NCBI GenBank assembly: GCA_965222225.1
Contig: CBDCTK010000002.1
Span: 4,768,001 to 4,832,000, forward strand
Reading direction: 5' to 3'
DNA from: Candidatus Poribacteria bacterium
GTDB taxonomy: Bacteria > Poribacteria > WGA-4E > JAJDTR01
Length of the DNA: 64,000 nt
The translations under genes were made by a program, and so were the position numbers. Below, piece by piece: positions 30,303-39,893 of the stretch (its first letter is position 1; every line of letters begins with the position of its first letter). The notes beneath the pieces are model-generated. The model saw only the letters and a program-made list of their open reading frames with translations. It had not been told where the DNA came from and did no database searches.

Positions 30303-30662
30303 TCAGTTGGCAGCCTTGGCGCCAAATCCCGCGCCTTCCACAGCGGCAGTTAGGTCGGCAGTAGCGACCTTTCCGGTTTCGACGTTAACGGTAGCTGTCT
30401 GCAGGTTAACGTTCACATTGGTGACTCCGGGGAGGTTGGTAAGTGCAGCCTGCACTTTAGCTACGCAGCCTCCTCACGTAACACCTGTGAGATTCAATGT
30501 TACTTCCTCTACTTTCGCTGCTGCCGCGGCTCGATCGGGTTTTGCCGTTTCTAGTACCTGTGCCGGCGCCGGTGACGCCTCGGGAGCTACCAATTTCTTA
30601 CTGCATCCCGTTACGACTACCGTTGCGGCAAAGCAGATTAGTAATGCCCTCATAATACGCAT
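30303..30662 (-). CDS. Selenocysteine-containing HMA lipoprotein, 119 aa, Sec63
   Basis: MRIMRALLICFAATVVVTGC...VTLNLTGVT-TGA-GGCVAKVQAALTNLPGV...AVEGAGFGAKAAN*. TGA at 30474-30476; the frame stays open for 56 more codons with a complete HMA pattern. Confidence 0.88.
30441..30457 (-). promoter_or_regulatory. Bacterial SECIS-like hairpin of the upstream HMA gene
   Basis: mRNA AAGUGCA-GGC-UGCACUU, a perfect 7-bp stem; the loop begins 23 nt after the UGA. Confidence 0.75.
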
Positions 30663-30844
30663 TTTGATTCACCTTCTTTCCAAAATAGCGATTTAAATCC
30701 CGTGTCGGGATTTTGTTTGATTCTATCCGAATAGGTCTTCGGTTGTCAAGACCTATCGTCCCAATACAATGGAGAATAATGCTTGACAGCAAAATCGGAA
30801 TCGGAGTAGAATTGGGCAAATTCGAAAAAGGAACATACAAAGAG

Positions 30845-32509
30845 ATGGCAATATTGGAAGGCGGACAGATTCTCGCCAAAGCGTTAAAACTGGAAGGTGT
30901 CGAGTACTTGTTCACGCTTTGCGGCGGAACTATCGAGTCAATCTATGACGGATGTCTCAGAGAAAACATCAAGATTATTGATGTGCGTGTAGACCAATCC
31001 GCCACGATGATGGCGGATGCCTATGCCCGCGTCACCGGGAAAGCTGGTGTGAGCGCCGTAACCAGAGGTCCGGGCCACGCCAATATGATATACGGCTTGG
31101 CAACTGCATATATGGCGGGCTGCCCGTTGTTTGCGCTGAGCGGCAACAGCGACGCCGACCAACTCGACATGGGCGGCTCGCAGGAATACAATCAGATTGG
31201 CTTGGTCAAGCCGATAACCAAGTGGGCTAGGCTGGTCATGCAAACGGAGCGCCTACCCGAATTTGTGGCGGGCGGGTTTCGAAAGCTTTGGGCAGGCCGC
31301 CCGGGCCCGACGCATCTAAGCGTTCCCTACGACATTCTGTACGATAAGATTGATGATGCTAATCTGAATTATCCCAAACCTTCGGAATACCGCTCCACCG
31401 CGCGGATATGTGGCGATCCGGAGTCAATTGACCACGCGTTGAGGCTACTGTCCAAAGCAAACAACCCGGTGATTATTGCGGGTGGTTTAATCCACTGGCA
31501 CGGTGCGACCAACGCCCTCGTGGATTTCGTCGAGGCGACAAGCATTCCCGTCTTCTCCAAAGAAAGCGATGTCAACGCAATCAATCACGCACATCCACTC
31601 TTCTTTGGAAAGGCGACGAATAGATTTGCAGGCGCCACGAAAGAACTTCGGAACGCTGACGTGGTTCTCGCATTGGGTGTTACGTTCGATACGACAATTG
31701 GTTACGGCGGACCACCCCTCTTTGATAAGGATGCAACGTTCATTAGTGTCGATATAAACGCCGACGAAATGGGCAAGAATCGCTCATTTGAGGTCGGCAT
31801 CGTCGGGGATATGAATTCGGTATTGACGGAAATGACCGAGTCGGTGGATGAACACGACTTTCACAGACCAAGTGACTGGATTGAGCGTTTGAACCTTGCC
31901 CGTGGGGAATTTTTGCATCGGATGTCTGCGGCGGAAAATTCTGACTCCGCACCTATGCACCCGTTGCGTATTTGCAAAGAGGTGCGTGAACTTTTTGGTG
32001 ATGATGCCACAATTTCCATTGATGGAGGAGATACCGCGCTGTTTTCCTTAATGGCATTCAACCACTATCACCCCGCGCACTTCCTATCTACAGGTCCCAT
32101 CGGCGGGATTGGTCAAGGGGTGCCGTTTGCGCTTGCCGGTAAGTTGGCAAGACCGGATAAACCGAGTATCTTGATAACCGGCGACGGCGCCTTCGGTTAT
32201 GGGATCATCGAATACGATGCCGCCCTCAAACACGATTTGCCTATCATCACAATCGTCTCCAGCGATCAGGCGTGGGGTATCGTTCGTCACCCGCAAATTA
32301 AACGGTACGGTTTGGAGCGTGCCGTTGCTACAGACCTTCGGTCCGTAAGCTACGAGCGTGTTGCAGGAGCACTTGGCTGCCATGGTGAACTCGTCACTAC
32401 ACCGGCCGAGATTCGCCCCGCATTGCAACGAGCCGCAGACGCAGGTGTCCCGGCTGTGGTTAACGTCCCTACGATGTTCACCAGCGCAGAAGCTTTCTAC
32501 CCACAATAA
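30845..32509 (+). CDS. Thiamine-diphosphate enzyme (acetolactate synthase / oxalyl-CoA decarboxylase-like)
   Basis: LEGVEYLFTLCGG, MADAYARVTG, VTRGPG, GDGAFG TPP motif; start chosen at ATG 30845. Confidence 0.88.
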   Translation: MAILEGGQILAKALKLEGVEYLFTLCGGTIESIYDGCLRENIKIIDVRVDQSATMMADAYARVTGKAGVSAVTRGPGHANMIYGLATAYMAGCPLFALSGNSDADQLDMGGSQEYNQIGLVKPITKWARLVMQTERLPEFVAGGFRKLWAGRPGPTHLSVPYDILYDKIDDANLNYPKPSEYRSTARICGDPESIDHALRLLSKANNPVIIAGGLIHWHGATNALVDFVEATSIPVFSKESDVNAINHAHPLFFGKATNRFAGATKELRNADVVLALGVTFDTTIGYGGPPLFDKDATFISVDINADEMGKNRSFEVGIVGDMNSVLTEMTESVDEHDFHRPSDWIERLNLARGEFLHRMSAAENSDSAPMHPLRICKEVRELFGDDATISIDGGDTALFSLMAFNHYHPAHFLSTGPIGGIGQGVPFALAGKLARPDKPSILITGDGAFGYGIIEYDAALKHDLPIITIVSSDQAWGIVRHPQIKRYGLERAVATDLRSVSYERVAGALGCHGELVTTPAEIRPALQRAADAGVPAVVNVPTMFTSAEAFYPQ

Positions 32510-32648
32510 ACGGAAAGTAGCAGGTCTTGATTGCATTTCGACCACATCGTCTAACCAGAGCACTACCCGATGCAACCATACTTCATTGCACGGCTTGCGA
32601 AATCTGCAGAATCCTAATAAACTCTGGTAAACAAGGGGGATTTTCCCC

Positions 32649-32833
32649 TATAGTCATTGCAACTAAGAATTACACATGTGTTTATAACATACCCAATTTC
32701 CCACCCATTCCCATTGAGCGGGTCGGGCTTCTAGCCCGACCCGCTCAATGGGAAACGTTGCAAACCAGGAGATTGTGAGCTACGTTGAGCCAATTAACGC
32801 TCATATGTGTAAATATAAATGCAAATGACTATA
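32649..32833. mobile_element. MITE of about 185 bp with TA ends and an internal perfect palindrome
   Basis: TIRs TATAGTCATTGCAACTAAGAATTACACAT and ATGTGTAAATATAAATGCAAATGACTATA; 22-bp perfect stem at 32708-32754. Confidence 0.7.
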
Positions 32834-32858
32834 ATGGTGCCAGTGTCCGCCTTCTCTC

Positions 32859-33998
32859 ATGCCGATTGCCCGTTTTTTTGCCACGTCCGCTAAAGGGATT
32901 GAATCCATCCTTGCCAAGGAACTCAAGGAATTAGGGGTTGAAAACCTTAAGACAGCCAGCGGTGGAGTGCACTTTGAGGGTTCGATGGAGGCCCTGTATC
33001 GAGCCAATCTTTGGCTCCGCACAGCGAACCGGGTGCTCATGCAGCTTGCCGTCTTTCCATGCCCTACGCCGCAGGTCCTGTACCAAAATGCGCGTCAGAT
33101 TCGTTGGAGCGAGTGGATTTCTGCACAACAAACACTGACTGTCGATTGCAACTGTCGGGATTCGGCAATCACTCACTCCCACTTCGCTGCACAGAAGATC
33201 AAGGATGCAGTTGTCGATCAAATCCGAGACAATACCGGAAGCCGCCCGAATGTAGACACGCGGAATCCGGATGTCCGAGTCAATGCCCACATTGCAAACG
33301 ATTCCTGTGTCCTAAGCCTTGACGCTTCCGGGGATGGCTTGCACATGCGAGGATACCGCCGTCAAGCAACGGAGGCCCCGATTCGGGAGACATTGGCGGC
33401 GGCTATCGTCGAGTTGGCTGACTGGAACTCCGAAGGGTTCTTTATTGATCCGATGTGCGGGTCGGGCACCATCCTGATTGAAGCCGCTCTGAAAGCGCTG
33501 AATTATGCTCCCGGGCTTCTGCGCGTAGGCAATCGATGTTTTGGCTTTCAACGGTGGCGGGACTTCAACGGCGAATGCTGGGAGCAGATAGTCAGCGAAG
33601 CGAGGAATCGGATTCATGACAAGATTCTCGGTCGCCTGCTAGGGTACGACCTTTCACGTACAGCGGTCAACATCGCCAAAATGAATGTAAGCGCAGCCGG
33701 TTTGACAAATCAGATTCGTCTCTCGAGAGGAAATGTTTTAAACCTGAATCCTTCTGGACATACTGGTGTTATCGCCTGCAATCTGCCGTTCGGCGAGCGA
33801 TCTGGCGACGTGGAAGCACTTGCTCCTCTCTATAAAGGAATCGGTGACATTCTCAAGCAAAGATGCACCGGCTATAAGGCGTACCTTTTTACCGGCAACC
33901 TGAAGTTGGTGAAATCCATCGGTCTGCGTCCATCTCGTCGTTTTGCTCTGCACAATGGCCCAATTGAGTGCCGTCTTCTGGAATACGAGTTGTATTAG
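32859..33998 (+). CDS. THUMP-domain RNA methyltransferase (RlmL-like)
   Basis: ANLWLRTANRV, LHMRGYR...APIRETLAAA, DPMCGSGTILIEAA, NLPFGER. Confidence 0.9.
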   Translation: MPIARFFATSAKGIESILAKELKELGVENLKTASGGVHFEGSMEALYRANLWLRTANRVLMQLAVFPCPTPQVLYQNARQIRWSEWISAQQTLTVDCNCRDSAITHSHFAAQKIKDAVVDQIRDNTGSRPNVDTRNPDVRVNAHIANDSCVLSLDASGDGLHMRGYRRQATEAPIRETLAAAIVELADWNSEGFFIDPMCGSGTILIEAALKALNYAPGLLRVGNRCFGFQRWRDFNGECWEQIVSEARNRIHDKILGRLLGYDLSRTAVNIAKMNVSAAGLTNQIRLSRGNVLNLNPSGHTGVIACNLPFGERSGDVEALAPLYKGIGDILKQRCTGYKAYLFTGNLKLVKSIGLRPSRRFALHNGPIECRLLEYELY

Positions 33999-34240
33999 TA
34001 AATAATCGGACAAAAGTTAGTCATTGTGCTAGTCAAGGGGAGGGTTTAAAGTAGTTAAGGCGTGATGCGTAAGAAGACAAAAAAGAGGAGACGCCAATCA
34101 ACACGCGTACAGAAATTGTGACGAGGTGCGAGTATCTGCTATCTATCGGGACATCACAACAGAGGCTAGTGACCAAACGTTTCCTAGGTAACTTGTGTGT
34201 TTCACGACGAAGTTCGATCTGAATTTAGAGTTAGCAAAGC

Positions 34241-35437
34241 ATGAGAAATGTCAAGTCGATGGTGTCGCAAAAATCGATGCTCTTCACAGAGTCTGTCATC
34301 AGGGGTATGACACAACTCTGCATTCGTCACGGCGCTATCAACCTATCGCAAGGCACGCCCGGTTTTGAGCCGCCCGACGAGGTCAAGCAAGCGGTGGCGG
34401 CCGCCGTGCGCAACGGCTATAACCAATATAGCGTCACATGGGGAGCGCCGAGCCTTCGACGGGCCATTGCTGCGAAGATGACGACCTTCAACGGCATCCC
34501 GACCGATCCGGAATTAAATGTGACAATCACTTGTGGCGCCACCGAAGGGATGATGTCGACGATGTTGGCAATCATCAATCCCGGCGATGAGGTGATTGTT
34601 TTTGAGCCGTTTTATGAGAATTACGGTCCCGATGTCATCATCTCCGGCGCAAAGCCGGTCTATGTTCCGTTGCGCGATTCTCCAAGAGCGGATGGCTCTG
34701 TTGGATTGGCGTATGACGTGGACGAACTTCGTCGTGCTTTCAGCGGTAACACGAAAGCCATAATCTTAAACACTCCGAATAATCCTCTCGGTAAGGTCTT
34801 CGGGCATGATGAACTTAAGGAAATTGCGGCGCTCTGCTGCGAATTTGACTGCTTGGCTGTCACGGACGAGATTTACGAACATCTTATCTATGACAATCAG
34901 ACGCATATTAGCATCGGCTCTTTCCCGGAAATGCGCGAACGGACAATAACTGTGTCGGGTTTGAGCAAGACCTACTCAATGACAGGGTGGCGACTGGGAT
35001 ATGTTATCGCCCCACAGTATTTGACAGATTCCATTCGCAAATTTCATGACTTTTTGACGGTTGGGGCACCACACCCCTTGCAAGAAGCGGCTACAGTCGC
35101 TCTAGGGTTGGGCGCTGAATACTATCGCACCCTAGTCGAGGAATATGATGCTAGACGGAAAACCTTCTTGCGGTTGCTGATCGATGCAGGCTTCCACTGC
35201 TATCCCCCGGAAGGCGCGTACTACATCATGACGGAAATTGGTGATTTCGGTTTTGAAGACGACACGCGGTTTGCGCATTGGCTTGTCAAAGAGATTGGAG
35301 TTGGAGGGGTGCCCGGATCGAGTTTCTATAGCCGTCCGGAACTTGGTCGAACAAAACTGAGGTTCATGTACAGTAAACCCGAATCGGTTTTGATTGAAGT
35401 TGGAGAAAAGTTGATGAAAATCCGTGAGAAGATTTGA
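34241..35437 (+). CDS. PLP-dependent aminotransferase class I/II
   Basis: AINLSQGTP, NTPNNPLG, DEIYEH, SKTYSMTGWRLG. Confidence 0.92.
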   Translation: MRNVKSMVSQKSMLFTESVIRGMTQLCIRHGAINLSQGTPGFEPPDEVKQAVAAAVRNGYNQYSVTWGAPSLRRAIAAKMTTFNGIPTDPELNVTITCGATEGMMSTMLAIINPGDEVIVFEPFYENYGPDVIISGAKPVYVPLRDSPRADGSVGLAYDVDELRRAFSGNTKAIILNTPNNPLGKVFGHDELKEIAALCCEFDCLAVTDEIYEHLIYDNQTHISIGSFPEMRERTITVSGLSKTYSMTGWRLGYVIAPQYLTDSIRKFHDFLTVGAPHPLQEAATVALGLGAEYYRTLVEEYDARRKTFLRLLIDAGFHCYPPEGAYYIMTEIGDFGFEDDTRFAHWLVKEIGVGGVPGSSFYSRPELGRTKLRFMYSKPESVLIEVGEKLMKIREKI

Positions 35438-35580
35438 TTTGTGTAAACAATTTCAAGGGAAATCCTGTCTGAAGCATGGCTACGTTGTTGTTATTGTGTC
35501 AGTGTTTTCACTTGAACGTGCGTAAGACATTGTATCAGTTCTAGTCTCAAACTTTACACTGCTAAACCAAAAGGAGATTA

Positions 35581-36204
35581 ATGAGACACCTCAACGTTTG
35601 TTCGCTAACACTCTTTTCACTCCTCTTGCTATTGAGATGGGCTCCCGACTCCAATGCACGGGCTTTTAGGATAGCGAAACTTCCGGGCGCGGGACCTAAT
35701 TTTGGCTGTGCCGCTTGTCATGTCAATCCCGGCGGCGGTGGGGAGCGAAACGCTTTCGGCCTAGATTATGAAGCGATAGCACTCGCTGCCGGCGATGTTT
35801 ACACTGACGAGCTCGGTCAAAAGGATTCAGACGGCGACGGTTTTTCTAACGATGAAGAGTTCAAAGCTAATCCGCCAACTGAGCCGTGGAATCGCGATTC
35901 CCACCCACCGAACGTGGCTGTGGAGCCATTTGGTAAAATGTTTGCAATCTGGGCACGGCTCAAGCTAGAACCAATTGGATCTGGTCGGAATTTTCGCCAC
36001 ACGTCTGCGAACACTGTGCTGGAGTCGCCTACGGTGTTAAAACGGCCGCCTCGCCTAGTGCACCAAGCAGATTCCGTGGTAGTTGAGGACAACCCTTTCG
36101 CAGCCAAGAATGAGCCGCAATCGGATGCCAAGCCCTCTGTAACAAAAAACAAGAAGAATCTCAAAGTTAGACAAAATCTCACGGGCGGGGTACGTAAGGA
36201 ATAG
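35581..36204 (+). CDS. Small secreted CxxCH protein with a DxDGDG motif and a Poribacteria-type terminal motif
   Basis: Signal peptide, CAACHVNPGGGGERNAFG, DSDGDGFSNDEE, AVEPFGKMFAIWARLK; AAGGAG RBS. Confidence 0.65.
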   Translation: MRHLNVCSLTLFSLLLLLRWAPDSNARAFRIAKLPGAGPNFGCAACHVNPGGGGERNAFGLDYEAIALAAGDVYTDELGQKDSDGDGFSNDEEFKANPPTEPWNRDSHPPNVAVEPFGKMFAIWARLKLEPIGSGRNFRHTSANTVLESPTVLKRPPRLVHQADSVVVEDNPFAAKNEPQSDAKPSVTKNKKNLKVRQNLTGGVRKE

Positions 36205-36500
36205 GTTTCGATTGAACATACGCAACTCAATCTTTGAAGTCCTGTAGTTCTCCAACTTATCTCCGAATAACACAATGCGCCATATCCGTTGTCTGGACGA
36301 CTGAACACCGTTCGCAGTTTTCAAGTAAGGCCGCAGGTCAGAAATTTGATTGGCAATCTAAGCGTCACACGGCTAGATGAAACCTAGGTTGGAGCTTGTT
36401 TCTATTGAATCCAAATCCGAGACTAGCCGAATTTTCGCGCCGAACGCGTCGCCGTTCATTGTTACATCTCGAATCCGGGAATCGTAGAATTATTATAGAA

Positions 36501-37925
36501 ATGGAAAAGAATACAAACGTGAAACTTCTCTATCCACGGATAGCACTACTCGCTTGGCTACTCGTAATCATCGCCTCATCTATCCAATCAGAAACCGTCG
36601 ACAATACTCACCATCAGCAAACATTAAACCTGACGCTTGAAGAGAGCATCACACGGGCACACGAAAGCAATTTGAATATTCTCTCACTCAAAGAGAAAGT
36701 AAACGCCTCTGAAGCTCAAGTCCGAGTCACACGGGCGCGTCTTCTACCCAATGTGTCTGTTACCAGCAACTACACGTATTTTAAAGACTTATCCCGGTCT
36801 GTTCTTGAATTTGGTAATAGCGGGTTTCCGGCGTTTCCTAGGGTAGATGGAATAGAGCAGAACGGAGGGAATGGCTCGGAGCAATCAGTCATTGAGATAG
36901 AATTCGGCGCGCATCACAACCTCCAAGCAACGCTCGGTCTACGCCAACCTGTCTTTGCGTGGGGGCGTTATTTCAATGCCTATAAAGGGGCGCAACTAGA
37001 CCTGGAAGCCGCAAAAAAAGAGTTGCAGTCGGGCATAAATCAACTCTCTTTGGACGTGTCGGAAGCGTTTCACGGGATACTCCTCGCACAAGAATTCGCG
37101 AACGTAGCGCAGCAAACGCTCGATCTCGTGCAGGAGCAACTTAATATGGCGCAGAAGAAGTTTAGCGCGGGTGCCGTCACAAACTTTGATGTGTTGCGTG
37201 CCGAGGTACAGTTGGCTAATACCAAAACTCAACTGATACAGTCGCGGAATCGCGTAGTCGTTGCCCAGAATGCCTTCAAAAACCTGCTCAACATCAATCT
37301 TGCCGACAAGATTCACCTGACCGGGAGTTTCGATATTCCAGAGGTATCCAATCTCAAACTTGACGCTCTTATACTATTAGGCAAGAAGAACCGTCCGGAG
37401 ATCCAGCAACTTGAACTCAGCGAGGCTGCCGGTCGGAAACGCCTAGATGTCGCGAAAACCGGCAATCGCCCCGATGTTTCCCTATTTTCAAACTATCAAG
37501 TTGATGACAACGAAAAACTCACGAAGATGAACCGAATCTGGAACGTTGGTGTACAGATTAACATTCCAATATTCGATGGCATGGCGACTCGAGCAACCGT
37601 GCAGCAGACGAAGTCCGGATTGGAGCAGGTGCAACTTGCCAAACATCAAAGAATCAATATTGTAGAATTCGAGGTACGGACGGCTTATCTCAACCTCATA
37701 CAAGCGAAGTCATCAATTGATGTTCAGAAAGAGACAGTAGCCCAAGCCGAGGAAAGTATGCGGATCGCAAATCTACGTTACGACAACGGAATGCTAACCA
37801 GCGTCGAGTTGACTGACGCACAACTCGCCCTTGCCCAAGCGGAAGTCAATCATCTTCAAGCGAGTCACGATTATGTAGTCGAATTTGCGCGGTTGGAAAG
37901 GGCGGTAGGACAGCCGTTGAGGTGA
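36501..37925 (+). CDS. TolC-family outer membrane efflux protein
   Basis: Two OEP repeats (LTLEESI...LLPNVS; FDVLRAEVQL; RYDNG...ELTDAQ); start chosen at ATG 36501. Confidence 0.9.
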   Translation: MEKNTNVKLLYPRIALLAWLLVIIASSIQSETVDNTHHQQTLNLTLEESITRAHESNLNILSLKEKVNASEAQVRVTRARLLPNVSVTSNYTYFKDLSRSVLEFGNSGFPAFPRVDGIEQNGGNGSEQSVIEIEFGAHHNLQATLGLRQPVFAWGRYFNAYKGAQLDLEAAKKELQSGINQLSLDVSEAFHGILLAQEFANVAQQTLDLVQEQLNMAQKKFSAGAVTNFDVLRAEVQLANTKTQLIQSRNRVVVAQNAFKNLLNINLADKIHLTGSFDIPEVSNLKLDALILLGKKNRPEIQQLELSEAAGRKRLDVAKTGNRPDVSLFSNYQVDDNEKLTKMNRIWNVGVQINIPIFDGMATRATVQQTKSGLEQVQLAKHQRINIVEFEVRTAYLNLIQAKSSIDVQKETVAQAEESMRIANLRYDNGMLTSVELTDAQLALAQAEVNHLQASHDYVVEFARLERAVGQPLR

Positions 37926-38184
37926 ACACTGTCGGCATAACTACGGTTGGAACACGCAAAACGTCCAGATTTGAAAGAAATGAGATAATTCGCAAGTGCT
38001 CAGCTATGGCAGGTAGCGGTTGGGTTTCACTGGGATCTCTATCGATCAACCGACCAAATAGATCCGATTTGCGTAAATCTTAACCCGTTGGGAAATGCCC
38101 TTCACAACTGCCAAAAAGCCGATCGGTGATGATTGACAACAATGGTTCGGGACATAGCGTAGCGCATTATCCACACTACCTGCG

Positions 38185-38568
38185 CTAAGATTCTCGCCGT
38201 TCGCCAATACAGTAACACAAACCGTCGGGCGCGATGATGAAAAATAGAACGTACGGTTCATCAACTTGGTAGTCTGCCTCTTCTCTGTCTAAGCCGTTAG
38301 CTTTCAATTCGCTAAAGGCAAGTTCTACGTCATCGACTTCAAAGAAACAACCCTCATTCGAGGGATCGCCGCCATTCTCCGCTAAACCAATCTGAACCTC
38401 GTCTCTTGATAACACTGCGGACTTGTGAGGGATGTCTTGCCTCGCTTCCAGCTTAAATCCCATGACGGTTTCGTAAAAAGGTATCGCCTGATCCAAATCT
38501 TCAACAGGAAGGTTCATGGCATCGTCCAGATATGGGCTTGCCTTTTTGAAGCTAGCCTTGGTACTCAT
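38185..38568 (-). CDS. VOC/glyoxalase family protein
   Basis: LPVEDLDQAIPFYETVMGF, CFFEVDDV, APDG. Confidence 0.8.
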   Translation of the reverse strand: MSTKASFKKASPYLDDAMNLPVEDLDQAIPFYETVMGFKLEARQDIPHKSAVLSRDEVQIGLAENGGDPSNEGCFFEVDDVELAFSELKANGLDREEADYQVDEPYVLFFIIAPDGLCYCIGERRES

Positions 38569-38741
38569 GTGACATTCCTTTCACCCCCGATAGTACAATA
38601 AATAGGTTCTCGGACTTGTACAGTTGCATGTTATCTATGCAACGTAACGATCGTGTTTCCTGAGGCGTTACATAACCTAGGTTGCTACCCTTCTCGGCAG
38701 GCGGAGTTTTTCGACAACTGAAGAATAACAAAACATCAAAT

Positions 38742-39812
38742 TTAGTCCAAACAAATCTCCCGCGCTACAGCATTAGCCCCCGCCACCGGCAGCACTTTGC
38801 CTATCCCATTGCGTACAACATCGAACAGATCCGTGTTATCCATCAAGCCGCCGATTCGTTGCGCATTGGGTCCCCAACCGTAGACGGGAACGTTCGTAAT
38901 TGTGTGCCCGTCGGTGGACCACGAAACAGTTGGAAAATTACCCACCCCATTGCTCTCCAGAACCTGCAATCCCCCGGTTTCGTGATCGGCAGTGACAATG
39001 ACAAGCGTATCGTTGCGTCCCTCGCTCCAGTCCATAACAACTCTCAAAGTTTTGGAAAACTCAATTGTCTCGCAGACATTGCGCTCAATATCGTTGGAAT
39101 GTCCCGCGTGATCTATCCTGCCGCCTTCAATCATCAGAAAAAGCCCTGCCGGATTTCGAGCCAATATGTCCAAAGCGGTTGCCGTCATTTCCGATAGGTG
39201 AGGGAGATTGCCTAACCCATCATACTCGTAAGGGAGATTTGTGTCGCCAAACTGACCGGAAACCCACGAAAGCTTTTCCGTATCTAGTGTTAACAATCCC
39301 TGTCGATCGCTTACAACGGTGTAGTTTGCAGCTTCTGCTGCATCGGCAGAAACGCCGTTGCCACCACCGCCAAACAACACGTTCGGTCGGGTGTGGTTCA
39401 GGTAGTCGTCCGCAATCTCCGCCAGATTGCTACGTTCAGGGTTATGGGCGCCAAAGGCTGCCGGCGTCGCGTGGGTAATAAACGTCGTGGAAACCAATCC
39501 CGTACTCTTGCCTTGATCTCTGAAATACTCTAGGAGAGTGTACAATGCACGCCCGTCTCCAGGTAACGCGGTGCTAAGAACGCCATTGTTGACCTTGAAT
39601 CCGGTAGCCAAAGCGGTTGCGGCTGCGGCTGAGTCGGTCATGGACGAATCCGCCGAGTGCGTCGTCACTTCACCTTGGTAAGGAAATGCTTCAAATGACA
39701 GGGTGCCTGCCTCGCCATGCGCATACAGTCCGGCGGCTTTCACTTTCTCAAATCCCATCCCGTCGCCGATGCAAAAGATAACATTTTTAGGCAATTTCGG
39801 CTCACCCCTCAT
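38742..39812 (-). CDS. Alkaline phosphatase (PhoA family)
   Basis: NVIFCIGDGMG, TDSAAAATA, THATPA, EGGRIDHAGH, TADHETGG. Confidence 0.92.
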   Translation of the reverse strand: MRGEPKLPKNVIFCIGDGMGFEKVKAAGLYAHGEAGTLSFEAFPYQGEVTTHSADSSMTDSAAAATALATGFKVNNGVLSTALPGDGRALYTLLEYFRDQGKSTGLVSTTFITHATPAAFGAHNPERSNLAEIADDYLNHTRPNVLFGGGGNGVSADAAEAANYTVVSDRQGLLTLDTEKLSWVSGQFGDTNLPYEYDGLGNLPHLSEMTATALDILARNPAGLFLMIEGGRIDHAGHSNDIERNVCETIEFSKTLRVVMDWSEGRNDTLVIVTADHETGGLQVLESNGVGNFPTVSWSTDGHTITNVPVYGWGPNAQRIGGLMDNTDLFDVVRNGIGKVLPVAGANAVAREICLD

Positions 39813-39893
39813 ACGTCTTCCTCTCTAGTCTATAGGTCTCTCTTAGTAATAGTTTAACAGTTGGTAGCACTCTCACTCTTCTCGGCAGGGAAT

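Noticed and set aside
29969-30696. Plus-strand ORFs 29969-30157 and 30307-30696
   Set aside because: Antisense shadows of the Sec-HMA genes, which have RBSs, lipoboxes and HMA motifs.
36255-36365. Possible IS200 tnpA remnant (VVWTTEHR...VRPQVRNLI in mixed frames)
   Set aside because: Too short and degenerate to call without a profile search.
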